Positions 8,188-17,138 of a stretch of 20,000 nucleotides of DNA are shown here, in pieces (position 1 is the stretch's first letter; each line of letters starts with the position of its first letter). The translations under genes were made by a program, and so were the position numbers. Origin of the DNA: an uncultured Methanosarcinales archaeon. GTDB taxonomy: Archaea; Nanobdellota; Nanobdellia; Woesearchaeales; DSVV01. The stretch is from assembly GCA_964593285.1 (NCBI GenBank), contig CAZQHZ010000005.1, positions 46,333-66,332 on the forward strand, given 5' to 3'. Under the pieces are notes generated by a model. It was not told the DNA's origin, searched no databases, and was given only the letters and a program-made list of their open reading frames with translations.

Positions 8188-9381
8188 ATGGACCTAGAAG
8201 AAAAAATAAAAAAGTTAGAAGAAGAAAACCAAAAACTAAGTAAAGAAAATAATAAATTAAAGCTAGATTTAAAACTAAATGAAAAAATAAATGAAGATAA
8301 ATATTTAAGCATTATTAAAGATTTAACTGATAAAAAAGAATTAGAAAAAAAATTAGAAAAACAAAAAAAACAATACTTAACAATTTTAAAAGCAATCCCA
8401 CATGCTGTTTTTGAAATAGACAAAGAAGGAAAATATTTATTCTATCATAAAGGAAAAATTAATTATAAATTTAATGAAGATGAAATCATTGAAAAAACAA
8501 TATTTGATATACTACCAAAAAAAATTGCAAAAAAAAGATTTGAGCAAATAAATAAAGCAATAGATAATGATAAAATAATTTCATATAACTATGAACAAAA
8601 TATTAATAATCAAAATCATTACTTAAATGCAAAAATAGTTCCAAATTCAAAAAAAAATAAAGCAGTAGTTTTAATAGAAGATAAAACAAAAGAAAAATTA
8701 GAAGAAAAATTTAAAAAAGATGTAGAAAGAATTATTTCTCATAATATAAAAAGCCCAGCAGCATCAATAATTAATGGATTGGATTTATTATTATATGAAG
8801 ATACTAATAAAGAAGATTTTAAATTCATAGTTAATGAACTAAAAAAATCAGCATTTAATATAATAAATACAATAAATGATTCATATAAAGTTATGAAACT
8901 AGAAAAAAATGACTACAAACTAGCAGACAAATTAATTAATTTAAAAAATATAATTGATTATAATTATAATGAATTTAAAAATTATTCAAATAATAAAATG
9001 AATTTGACTATCAATTACAATAAAAATTTATCTAATAAAGGAATGTATGTTCTTGGTGATGATGATTTATTAAAACAAATGTTTTCTAATTTAATAACAA
9101 ATGCATATGAAGCATCTAATGAAAATTCAAAAATTGAAATTGATGTTGATGAATATAAAAAATTTTATAAAATTCAAATTCAAAATGAAAAAGAAATTCC
9201 AAAAGAAATAAGAAATAACTTTTTTGAAAAATATAAAACACACGGAAAATCAAATGGCACTGGAATTGGAACTTATTTTTCTAAACTAGTAACAGATGCA
9301 CATAAAGGAAAAATTTATTTTAAAACTTCAAAGGAAAAAGGAACAAATATTATAATTAATTTACCAAAATATAATGAATAA
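8188..9381 (+). CDS. Soluble PAS sensor histidine kinase
   Basis: Coiled coil, PAS (AIPHAVFEIDKEGKYLFY), H-box ISHNIKSP, N-box FSNLITNAYEAS, F-box FFEKY, G2 GTGIGTY. Confidence 0.92.
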   Translation: MDLEEKIKKLEEENQKLSKENNKLKLDLKLNEKINEDKYLSIIKDLTDKKELEKKLEKQKKQYLTILKAIPHAVFEIDKEGKYLFYHKGKINYKFNEDEIIEKTIFDILPKKIAKKRFEQINKAIDNDKIISYNYEQNINNQNHYLNAKIVPNSKKNKAVVLIEDKTKEKLEEKFKKDVERIISHNIKSPAASIINGLDLLLYEDTNKEDFKFIVNELKKSAFNIINTINDSYKVMKLEKNDYKLADKLINLKNIIDYNYNEFKNYSNNKMNLTINYNKNLSNKGMYVLGDDDLLKQMFSNLITNAYEASNENSKIEIDVDEYKKFYKIQIQNEKEIPKEIRNNFFEKYKTHGKSNGTGIGTYFSKLVTDAHKGKIYFKTSKEKGTNIIINLPKYNE

Positions 9382-9386
9382 AATTT

Positions 9387-9890
9387 TTATTTAGAATATA
9401 ATTTTAAAAAATACTTAACTGAATTTTCTTTTAAATTATCAAAATTTTCAATAATATTTTTATCAACTTTAATTGAATCTTTTGTTTTATAATTTAAAAA
9501 TAAATTTTTACTTTTATTTGGAAAAATAAAACTATATTCTAACATATAATTTATTTGATCGCCTTCATCAATCTCATCAGTAATTTTTACATTTGGTAAA
9601 TTTTCTTTAATATATGGAAATTTTTCATTTTTTTGATTAAATTTATCTACAAATCTATATTTATCATCTTCTTTTTTGAAATCAACATCTATTTTAAATA
9701 AAGAATCTTTTTCTCTTCTTAGTGAATCATTTAATAATTTAGAATATTTCTCCATATATCCATTAAATGTTTGTTTAGCAAAATGATCATCACTTATATC
9801 AACATCATCTTGCTTAAAAATTTCTAGAGCCTTATAAGACCTATTTAAATTTGTTAAAATTTCTTCAAGTTGTGTTGGTTTTTTAATCAT
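9387..9890 (-). CDS. Hypothetical protein, 167 aa
   Basis: ORF with TATA-like TTTAAATA about 31 nt upstream of the ATG; no recognisable motif. Confidence 0.6.
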   Translation of the reverse strand: MIKKPTQLEEILTNLNRSYKALEIFKQDDVDISDDHFAKQTFNGYMEKYSKLLNDSLRREKDSLFKIDVDFKKEDDKYRFVDKFNQKNEKFPYIKENLPNVKITDEIDEGDQINYMLEYSFIFPNKSKNLFLNYKTKDSIKVDKNIIENFDNLKENSVKYFLKLYSK

Positions 9891-10019
9891 GTTTTATAAT
9901 ATAACATAACTTATATTTAAAGTTTATCTTTTTTACTACTATTTAGAAACAACTATTTTGTTGAAAAATTAAACTATTACTACAAAATCTTTTTATACTA
10001 ACTAAAATCTCTGTTTTAT

Positions 10020-11270
10020 ATGTTTGAATTTTTAAAAAATATATTTAAAAAAGAAGAAGAAATAGTAGTTTTAGATATTGAAAAAAAAGAATTAATAAAT
10101 TTTCTAAATAAAAAAATATCTGATAGAAAAAAAAAGTTCGATTTAAAATTAAAAGATTCTATTTCTGAAATAAAAGCAATACTTGAAAAAATACACCAAA
10201 ATTTAGATAAATTAGAAAAATTAGAATTAATGAACAAAAATATTTCAACAAAAGAAAAACAATACATGCAAGGTAATAGAAAATTATTCATAACAAATGT
10301 TAATACTTTTCTAAATAAAATTGATTTAGATATAGATTGTGATTCTTTTTTAAAAAAATTAGAAATTTTTAATGAAAATGAAAAAAATTTTATAAAAAAT
10401 TTACAGCGATGTTTGATGATTTTATCACATTTTTTTGCAAATGAAACTAAAGAAATAATGAATGATATAGCAAAAATAAAAAGAATACTAGATAAATTAA
10501 ATGAAGAATACAAATCACTTGGTTTAATAAAATTAGATGAATTCATCAATCAAATAAATAATTACAAATCAAAACAAAAAGATGCAAAAAAAATTAAAGA
10601 ATATTTAACTACAAAAAATAATGAATTAGATAAATTAACAAGTAAAATAAATAGTACTAAAAAAAAAATTGACAATATAAAAAAATCAAAAGAATATAAA
10701 ATATATTTAGAATTAATAGAAAAAAAAAACAAATTGAAAGAAAAAATAGATAATTTGAAAATTCAACTTTCAAATAATTTCTCTCCATTAAATCAATCAT
10801 TAAAAAAATATGAAAGAAATGCAATAACACCACAAACAGTCAAAGAAACTATAGATTCACCACTTAATTCATTAATAAAAAATGGTTCAAAAAATATAAT
10901 TGAAATGCTTTTAAAAGTTCAAACTCAAATTGAAAACAACTCAATTCAATTAAAAGATAAAAAAAAAGAAAAAGCAATAAATATGATTAAAAAAATAAAT
11001 TTAAATTATTTAGATGAAATATTAAACATTTACAAAATAATAAATGAAGATATGAAAAAAATAAATAAAGAACTTTCAAATAATAAAATTAATGAAGATA
11101 TAACAAAATTAGAAGAATTTTATGAAAAATTAAAAACCGATAAAGAAAAAATAATAATTGAAATAAATAAGAATAATGAAGATTTAGAAAAATTAAAAGA
11201 TAAAAATTTTTATATAAATCTTGAAAAAAATATAAATAAAATCACAAAAGATAAAATAAATATTATATAA
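10020..11270 (+). CDS. Long coiled-coil hypothetical protein, 416 aa
   Basis: Heptad-rich K/E/L/I sequence with FSPLNQSLKKYER segment. No Walker motifs, so not a true SMC/SbcC ATPase. Confidence 0.75.
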   Translation: MFEFLKNIFKKEEEIVVLDIEKKELINFLNKKISDRKKKFDLKLKDSISEIKAILEKIHQNLDKLEKLELMNKNISTKEKQYMQGNRKLFITNVNTFLNKIDLDIDCDSFLKKLEIFNENEKNFIKNLQRCLMILSHFFANETKEIMNDIAKIKRILDKLNEEYKSLGLIKLDEFINQINNYKSKQKDAKKIKEYLTTKNNELDKLTSKINSTKKKIDNIKKSKEYKIYLELIEKKNKLKEKIDNLKIQLSNNFSPLNQSLKKYERNAITPQTVKETIDSPLNSLIKNGSKNIIEMLLKVQTQIENNSIQLKDKKKEKAINMIKKINLNYLDEILNIYKIINEDMKKINKELSNNKINEDITKLEEFYEKLKTDKEKIIIEINKNNEDLEKLKDKNFYINLEKNINKITKDKINII

Positions 11271-11271
11271 A

Positions 11272-11823
11272 TTAATTTTCAATTAATTCATCTATTTTTT
11301 CAATAAATTTATCAATTGTTTCATTATTTTCGATAGTTATATTTGCCATTTCAATACATTTATGTAATTGCTGTGAATTTTTATTATCAGACATTTCTAA
11401 TTTTTCTTTTGCTAAAAATTCCTCAAAAGTTGAAAAATTTTCATTTCTATTTCGTTTAATAGCTCGATCATATCTAACTTTTGGATCAGATTTTACAAAA
11501 ATTAATTTAAAATTTTCTAATTTTTGTAATTCTAATATTTCAGAAGGATTACGTATACTATCTATAACAAAATTATTATCTAAACTATTAATATATTCTC
11601 TAGCTTTTAAACCCAAAACACCGCTACCATGTTTATTTCTTAATTCATTTCCAATATTTATTAAATTATCCCGTGTTTTTTCAATATTTTTATTATCTAA
11701 TTCTTTTCTTAAAAAATCAGATAATGAAATAAAAGCAAATCCTTTATTTTCTAAATGCTTACCCAATGTACTCTTTCCAGATGCATTAAGTCCGGTCAAT
11801 CCAAAAATTTTTCTATTTTCCAT
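11272..11823 (-). CDS. P-loop nucleoside/nucleotide kinase (dephospho-CoA kinase/adenylate kinase-like)
   Basis: Walker A GLNASGKST; SLSDFLR; VIDSIRNPSE; lid RYDRAIKRNR; ANITIENN. Confidence 0.8.
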   Translation of the reverse strand: MENRKIFGLTGLNASGKSTLGKHLENKGFAFISLSDFLRKELDNKNIEKTRDNLINIGNELRNKHGSGVLGLKAREYINSLDNNFVIDSIRNPSEILELQKLENFKLIFVKSDPKVRYDRAIKRNRNENFSTFEEFLAKEKLEMSDNKNSQQLHKCIEMANITIENNETIDKFIEKIDELIEN

Positions 11824-11932
11824 AAAAAAATAAAAATATTGTTTTTTATAAAATTTGTTAATTTTTGTTGCTATGTGTTAGTAACGAAAAATTTATAAAT
11901 AAATTACAATTACACAAATAAAAGGTGATAAA

Positions 11933-12334
11933 ATGAAAACCGAAAATACATTAATTGAAAAAATTAAAGATATTTATAAACAATATGGTAAGAATTTAGA
12001 AGAAGACAAAATTAAAACCATTCTAAATGCACAAGAAAAAAATAATCAATTTAAAATTTATTCAACAAGAAGTGCTAAAATTAATGAAGATGCAAAAATA
12101 GTGACTAATATTTATAAAAATCAAAATAATTCAAAAGAAAATAACTTAGAAAGGATAAAATATCAAGTTTCATTAAAAGAAAAATTTTTAGAATTAAATT
12201 TGTTAGTGGATATTTATAAAAATAAGAATTATAATGCAGGAATATTAAATAAAATACCAGCAATATCTAAAAGAAAAAAATACAATGACTTTTTAGAAAT
12301 TTCTAGAAAAGTTAATCAATTAAGTTATAAATAA
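11933..12334 (+). CDS. Hypothetical protein, 133 aa
   Basis: ORF preceded by strong SD-like AGGTGAT (aaaggtgataaaATG). Confidence 0.65.
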   Translation: MKTENTLIEKIKDIYKQYGKNLEEDKIKTILNAQEKNNQFKIYSTRSAKINEDAKIVTNIYKNQNNSKENNLERIKYQVSLKEKFLELNLLVDIYKNKNYNAGILNKIPAISKRKKYNDFLEISRKVNQLSYK

Positions 12335-12355
12335 TTTATAATTTTTCTAAAAAAA

Positions 12356-12465
12356 TGGGCCCGCGGAGATTTGAACTCCGGACCTCCGGCTCACTTAGGA
12401 GCCAACGATTTTACGAAACGCTGCCATATAAGACCGGCGCTCCAACCAGACTAAGCTACGGGCCC
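12356..12465 (-). tRNA. tRNA-Ile with UAU anticodon and a 35-nt intron (12392-12426) at canonical position 37/38; CCA not encoded
   Basis: Minus strand: GGGCCCG acceptor stem, D arm, CCGGT-CT-TAT-A | intron | A-GCCGG, T arm CGGAG-TTCAAAT-CTCCG, CGGGCCC-A. BHB motif: CTTA/TAAG 4-bp helix with two 3-nt bulges. Confidence 0.93.
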
Positions 12466-12557
12466 AAAAAAACAAACTAATTTAAAAGAGAAAATAACTA
12501 TTTTATAAATATTTCTTTTATTAAAATAGATGTTTAAGTAAAATAAAGAAAAAACAA

Positions 12558-12764
12558 TTAAATTTTTTCCATGTAATTACATTTTCCACAAGTTCTTCTA
12601 TCATTATGGTTTGCTAAGAAAACACCTTTCCCACATTTTGGACAAAACTTATTTTTTTTTTCTAGTTTGTCACCTGAAATAGAATAATTATTACTTACTT
12701 TACTTGTTCTTTTCGCTTTTTTTGCTTCTTTTGTTTTTTTGTTAGTTGGTTTTTTTTTTGCCAT
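12558..12764 (-). CDS. rps27ae: 30S ribosomal protein S27ae (eS31)
   Basis: KNKFCPKCGKGVFLANHNDRRTCGKCNY zinc ribbon. Start probably MAKKK at 12764 (alternative ATG at 12773). Confidence 0.95.
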   Translation of the reverse strand: MAKKKPTNKKTKEAKKAKRTSKVSNNYSISGDKLEKKNKFCPKCGKGVFLANHNDRRTCGKCNYMEKI

Positions 12765-12814
12765 TTTGATCATAATTATTATAATTTATTATTTTTTAGC
12801 ATCAGTTGCTTCTT

Positions 12815-12914
12815 NNNNNNNNNNNNNNNNNNNNNNNNNNNNNNNNNNNNNNNNNNNNNNNNNNNNNNNNNNNNNNNNNNNNNNNNNNNNNNNNNNNNNN
12901 NNNNNNNNNNNNNN
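12815..12914. other. Assembly gap (100 N, likely a placeholder of unknown true length)
   Basis: Exactly 100 N. Confidence 0.95.
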
Positions 12915-13486
12915 GTTGCTTTTTTTTCAGCAGTTTTTTGCTCTTGTTTTGGATTTAAATCTTCTTCTAACCATTCAAGTTTACCAAGACCCTCTTGTCT
13001 CATTGTTAAGCCAACTTTTAAATTTGATAAATCTTTATAACTTACAGCAATAATTCTTGCTCTACACATATCACCAACTTTTAAATTTCTTCTTGATTCT
13101 TTACCAAGTAAAACTTTATCTTTTCCAAAAGAAACAAAATCATTCATTGTTTGTGAAATATGTATCATTCCATCTGCTGGGCCAATTGAAATAAATGCAC
13201 CAAAATCTGCAATATCTTTTAATCTTCCAATAATTATTTCTTGTAATTCAGGTCTAAATACTATCAATTCAAATTGTACTTGATAATATGGTGCACCATC
13301 ACCTGGAACTAAAACACCTTCTCCTATGTCTGATAGTTGAAAAACATCTATTACAATGCCTAATTCTTTTGATATATAACCTTCATATTTTTTTTTTATC
13401 ATGGCAATTATTGCATCATCTAACCCAAGACCAAATTTGTCTGGTGAAACCCTAATATAATCTGAAATTTTTATTTTATAAAACAT
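12915..13486 (-). CDS. rpoE1: DNA-directed RNA polymerase subunit E' (Rpo7); 3' end runs into the gap
   Basis: GEGVLVPGDGAPYY, FGAFISIGPADGMIHISQ (S1 domain), CRARII, KVGLTMRQEGLGKLEWL. Confidence 0.96.
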
Positions 13487-13487
13487 T

Positions 13488-13892
13488 TTAATCCATTAAA
13501 CCTCTTACTTGAATATACTTTTTTTGTCTTAAATAAATAATTTTTTTTAATCTTTTTTTTAATTCAACATCTTGTGTTGCAATAAAATAATCTTCATTTT
13601 TTGATAAATTAACAAGTAAATCATCAACAAAATTATTTTTATTTTCCTCGTCTTTTAAAATAATATTTATATTTTTTGATTTTATTAATTCCAATGCAAT
13701 TTTTGCAGCTGTTTTATCGTTTCTATTTCCAATTTTGGTTATTTTTTTTAATTCGTCAATAATGCCACTACAAACATACAATTCATAATTAAATTGCATA
13801 TATTCTTTAATTTTTTCAAAAATATCAACATTAAATTGGCCAACCATCATTAAAAAATTTGTATCAAGTATTATTTTGACAATTTTAGCCAT
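13488..13892 (-). CDS. PIN-domain protein (Fcf1/Utp24-like)
   Basis: IILDTNFLM, DELKK, VDDLL, IATQDVELKKR, IYLRQKK; conserved archaeal position upstream of rpoE'. Confidence 0.9.
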   Translation of the reverse strand: MAKIVKIILDTNFLMMVGQFNVDIFEKIKEYMQFNYELYVCSGIIDELKKITKIGNRNDKTAAKIALELIKSKNINIILKDEENKNNFVDDLLVNLSKNEDYFIATQDVELKKRLKKIIYLRQKKYIQVRGLMD

Positions 13893-14071
13893 TTAAAGCA
13901 AAGAATAAGCACCCATTTAAAAAGATATTGTTTTTTTAGATTTTTAAATAGGATAATTTTTTGAATAATCGCATCAAATACAATTTTAAAAACAATAACA
14001 TTTAAAAGTACACCATTTTTTCTATAAGAATTATTAAATTATTTTAATTTTTAAATTTTGGAGGGATAGAT

Positions 14072-14248
14072 ATGAGTAATGAAAAATTTTTATGTTCGTC
14101 TTGTAAAAAAGATATTACTAATGATATAGGTTCAGTTAAATTTATGTGTCCAGCGTGTTCAAAAACACAAATAATAAGGTGTAAATCATGCAGGCAAATC
14201 GCGACAAAATATACTTGTCATGAATGCGGTTTTGTTGGACCAAACTAA
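14072..14248 (+). CDS. Small Zn-ribbon protein (DUF1610/HVO_2753-like), 58 aa; absent from the ORF track
   Basis: MSNEKFLCSSCKKDITNDIGSVKFMCPACSKTQIIRCKSCRQIATKYTCHECGFVGPN*: four CxxC motifs. SD GGAGG upstream; typical position before EF-1beta. Confidence 0.92.
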   Translation: MSNEKFLCSSCKKDITNDIGSVKFMCPACSKTQIIRCKSCRQIATKYTCHECGFVGPN

Positions 14249-14268
14249 AAAAAGAGGTATTAAAAAAA

Positions 14269-14547
14269 ATGGCTAGCGTAATTGTTACAATGAAAATAAT
14301 GCCTGAATCAGTTGAAACTGTATTAAATGATCTTCAGGAAAATATAAAACAAGAAATTTCAAATTTTTGTGGTGAAACAGAAATTAGATTTACTGAAGAG
14401 CCTATTGCATTTGGATTAAAATCATTAAACACAACATTTGTAATGAATGAAGAAAAAGGCTCAACAGAAGAATTAGAAAAAAGCATTTCTAATGCAAAAG
14501 GAGTAAATTCAGTAGAAGTTACTGATATTAGAAGAACCATTGGTTAA
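14269..14547 (+). CDS. ef1b: Archaeal translation elongation factor 1-beta (true start MASVIV at 14269)
   Basis: KIMPES, EEPIAFGLKSL, GVNSVEV; SD GAGGT upstream of 14269. Confidence 0.95.
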   Translation: MASVIVTMKIMPESVETVLNDLQENIKQEISNFCGETEIRFTEEPIAFGLKSLNTTFVMNEEKGSTEELEKSISNAKGVNSVEVTDIRRTIG

Positions 14548-14576
14548 TTAATTTCTTTTTTTATTATTTAAAAAAA

Positions 14577-14789
14577 TTATTTATAAGCTAATTTTATGTC
14601 TTTTTCATGAATTGTTTTTCTTCCAGAATGTTTTGCAATTTTATTTGCCCGTTCGCTTATTTCTTCAGCTTTATTTATAATTACTTCAGTAAATTTATCT
14701 ATTGCATCTGAAGATACACGCTTTGCACCAGCATTCATTAAAATTCTACCAAATGGTGCTTTTGGAATAACAGTTGTTTTTCTTGCCAT
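14577..14789 (-). CDS. Archaeal histone (HMf-like single histone fold)
   Basis: IPKAPFGRIL, GAKRVSSDA, AKHSGRKTIHEKDIKLA; SD GAGGT. Confidence 0.95.
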   Translation of the reverse strand: MARKTTVIPKAPFGRILMNAGAKRVSSDAIDKFTEVIINKAEEISERANKIAKHSGRKTIHEKDIKLAYK

Positions 14790-14944
14790 TTTTATTAAAC
14801 CTCAATATTTAAATTTTATTTTTTAAAAATATGATATAATTTTATAAAATAACTATTTTATTTAAAAATTTTGGTTTTTTAAAAAAAATGTTTTATATTT
14901 TTTAAAATTTATTTTTAAAATGTATATGTAAATAAATTAGAAAT

Positions 14945-15829
14945 CTAAGTTAATTTAGAATTGATATTTTTTATTATTGCAATAGAGAAAAACAAAGATA
15001 TTAAACATATTGTTGGCATTATAAAAATTACAGGAATAACATTTATTCCTTCTTTTGCCATAAAAATAATCTTTGATGATAATGCTGCCATTAAAATTGA
15101 TAAAAATATAAGATAAATAGATGTAAATAAATACCCATATTTATCTTTTTTAATTGCTAAAAATCCAGAAACAATTCCTATTGGTAATAATAATGCTAAA
15201 TCTAATCCTTGAACAATTAATGTAGTGTAATGTTGTAATTCTTTAGGATATATTAGCCCACTAATCAAAGGTGGTATAATTATACTCAGCCACAAAAATG
15301 CAACCATGATACTATTAATGATAAGGAAATATCCTCCAATTCTTATTAATTTTTTATGTTTAAAATTATGAATTAATTTATTGATTGGTTTATTGAATAA
15401 TATAATTATAAAAGAAAAAAATACTAAACATAAAATTACTACATATACTAAAAACAATTCATTATACATAGCCATAACAATATAAAAAAGATATGTAACA
15501 AAAAAATAAAATAAAATTCCTAATAAAGCAATATGACCTTTTAAATTATTTTTTATAAAAAAAAATAAAGCTACAAGCAATAAAGGTATTGCAATAAATA
15601 ATGTTACATAATCATGTGCTATACCTTGAATAGCAACATCAGATGACATATGTTTGTATATTCCAGTACCATAAATTTTAACATCATCCCCTCGAATTGA
15701 AGTATATTCAAATTCTCCAGTTCCATCACCTGAAAAGATTCCTATGAAAGATGAGATTCCAGAAAGTAATGAAATTATTAATATCATGATTAAAATAGAT
15801 TTTTTTTGTTTTGACATACTAAATAACAT
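14945..15829 (-). CDS. Multi-pass membrane protein (about 8 TM) of unknown function; bacterial-like family
   Basis: Alternating hydrophobic helices; SIRGDDVKIYGTGIY, AHDYVTLF, IVQGLDLALLLP motifs. Confidence 0.7.
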   Translation of the reverse strand: MLFSMSKQKKSILIMILIISLLSGISSFIGIFSGDGTGEFEYTSIRGDDVKIYGTGIYKHMSSDVAIQGIAHDYVTLFIAIPLLLVALFFFIKNNLKGHIALLGILFYFFVTYLFYIVMAMYNELFLVYVVILCLVFFSFIIILFNKPINKLIHNFKHKKLIRIGGYFLIINSIMVAFLWLSIIIPPLISGLIYPKELQHYTTLIVQGLDLALLLPIGIVSGFLAIKKDKYGYLFTSIYLIFLSILMAALSSKIIFMAKEGINVIPVIFIMPTICLISLFFSIAIIKNINSKLT

Positions 15830-16070
15830 TAATTAATTAAAACTTTTTATGTTTTTAAATTTTTCTTTTAAAATATATTTTTTTTATAGCAAAATTAAGA
15901 AAAAATTTTATTTTTTAGAAAAAATTACTTCTTTTTTAAAGTTAAAATTTTATTACTAAAAATAACTATTTCATTCTTTATAAAAAAATTATAAAAAGAT
16001 ATTTATAACATAATTATTTTTTATTTTAAAAGAGATTATATTATAAATTATTAAAAAAGGTGATATAAAA

Positions 16071-16985
16071 ATGATTTACGCAGTTGGACATAAAAATCCA
16101 GATACAGATACAATTTGTTCTGCAATTGCAATAGCTGAATTATTAAAACAAAGAAATATTGATGCAGAAGCTAAAAGACAAGGAGAATTAAACCCTGAAA
16201 CAAAATTTGTTTTAGAAAAATTTTCAATTAAAATTCCACAAATAATTGAAGATTCAGAAAATAAAAATATTTTTTTAGTAGATCATTCTGATAAATCCCA
16301 AAGCATTGACAATATTGATAAAGCAAATATTAAAGGAATAGTAGATCATCATAAATTAGGTGATATTACAACATCTACACCCTTAGAATTTTGGGCACTT
16401 CCTGTTGGATGTACTTGTACAATTATTAAAGGAATGTATGATTTTTATAATATTGAAATTTCAGAAAAAATTGCAGGAATAATGCTTTGTGCAATATTAT
16501 CAGATACAGTTTTATTTAAATCTCCAACCACTACAGATTTAGATGAAAAAGTTGCAAAAGAATTAGCAAAAATTGCAAAAGTTGATGATATAAAAAAACT
16601 TGCAATGGATATGTTTAATAAAAAATCAGATGTAGAAGGAAAAACTATGCGTGAATTAATTTTTAGAGATTATAAAGATTTTGTTATGAATGAAAAAAAA
16701 GTTGGAGTTTCACAATTAGAAGTTGTTGATATAACCATATTTGATTCAATTAAAGATGATTTGTTTAATGAACTACAAAAAATAAAAGATGAGGGAAGAA
16801 ATACTGTATTATTATTGTTGACAGATATAATGAAAGAGGGCTCTGAATTAATATGTATTTCCAATAATCCAGAGCTAGTAGAAAAAGCATTTAATATAAA
16901 ATTTAAAGATAATAAAATATGGTTAGATGGTATTATGAGCAGAAAAAAACAAGTAATTCCAAATCTACAAAAAGCTTTTTTATAA
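16071..16985 (+). CDS. ppaC: Mn-dependent inorganic pyrophosphatase (family II, DHH)
   Basis: GHKNPDTDTICS, LVDH, VDHH, PVGCTCT, AILSDT, RDYKDF, MSRKKQV; SD AGGTGAT. Confidence 0.96.
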   Translation: MIYAVGHKNPDTDTICSAIAIAELLKQRNIDAEAKRQGELNPETKFVLEKFSIKIPQIIEDSENKNIFLVDHSDKSQSIDNIDKANIKGIVDHHKLGDITTSTPLEFWALPVGCTCTIIKGMYDFYNIEISEKIAGIMLCAILSDTVLFKSPTTTDLDEKVAKELAKIAKVDDIKKLAMDMFNKKSDVEGKTMRELIFRDYKDFVMNEKKVGVSQLEVVDITIFDSIKDDLFNELQKIKDEGRNTVLLLLTDIMKEGSELICISNNPELVEKAFNIKFKDNKIWLDGIMSRKKQVIPNLQKAFL

Positions 16986-16988
16986 TAT

Positions 16989-17138
16989 TTATTTTTTTAT
17001 AAATAAATCTTCAACTTCTTTTTCTTGATTTTTTAATAATTCATGCTCGTTATTTATTTCATCATCTGTTGGAATATGTTTTTTTTCTTCCTTTTTTACT
17101 TTTCGTAATAAAAACCAATTTTTAATTTTTGAAAACAT
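16989..17138 (-). CDS. Small hypothetical protein, 49 aa (MFSKIKNWFLLRKVKKEEKKHIPTDDEINNEHELLKNQEKEVEDLFIKK)
   Basis: Internal ATG of the 96-aa track ORF. TTTATATA begins 30 nt upstream (17168), matching the window's promoter spacing, and this start avoids overlap with the PBP gene. Confidence 0.55.
   Translation of the reverse strand: MFSKIKNWFLLRKVKKEEKKHIPTDDEINNEHELLKNQEKEVEDLFIKK

Noticed and set aside
10020..11270. Possible SMC/Rad50/SbcC ATPase
   Set aside because: No Walker A/B, signature motif or zinc hook; coiled coil only.
14224..14268. 15-aa N-terminal extension of EF-1beta
   Set aside because: Overlaps the Zn-ribbon gene; the SD and homology support the start at 14269.
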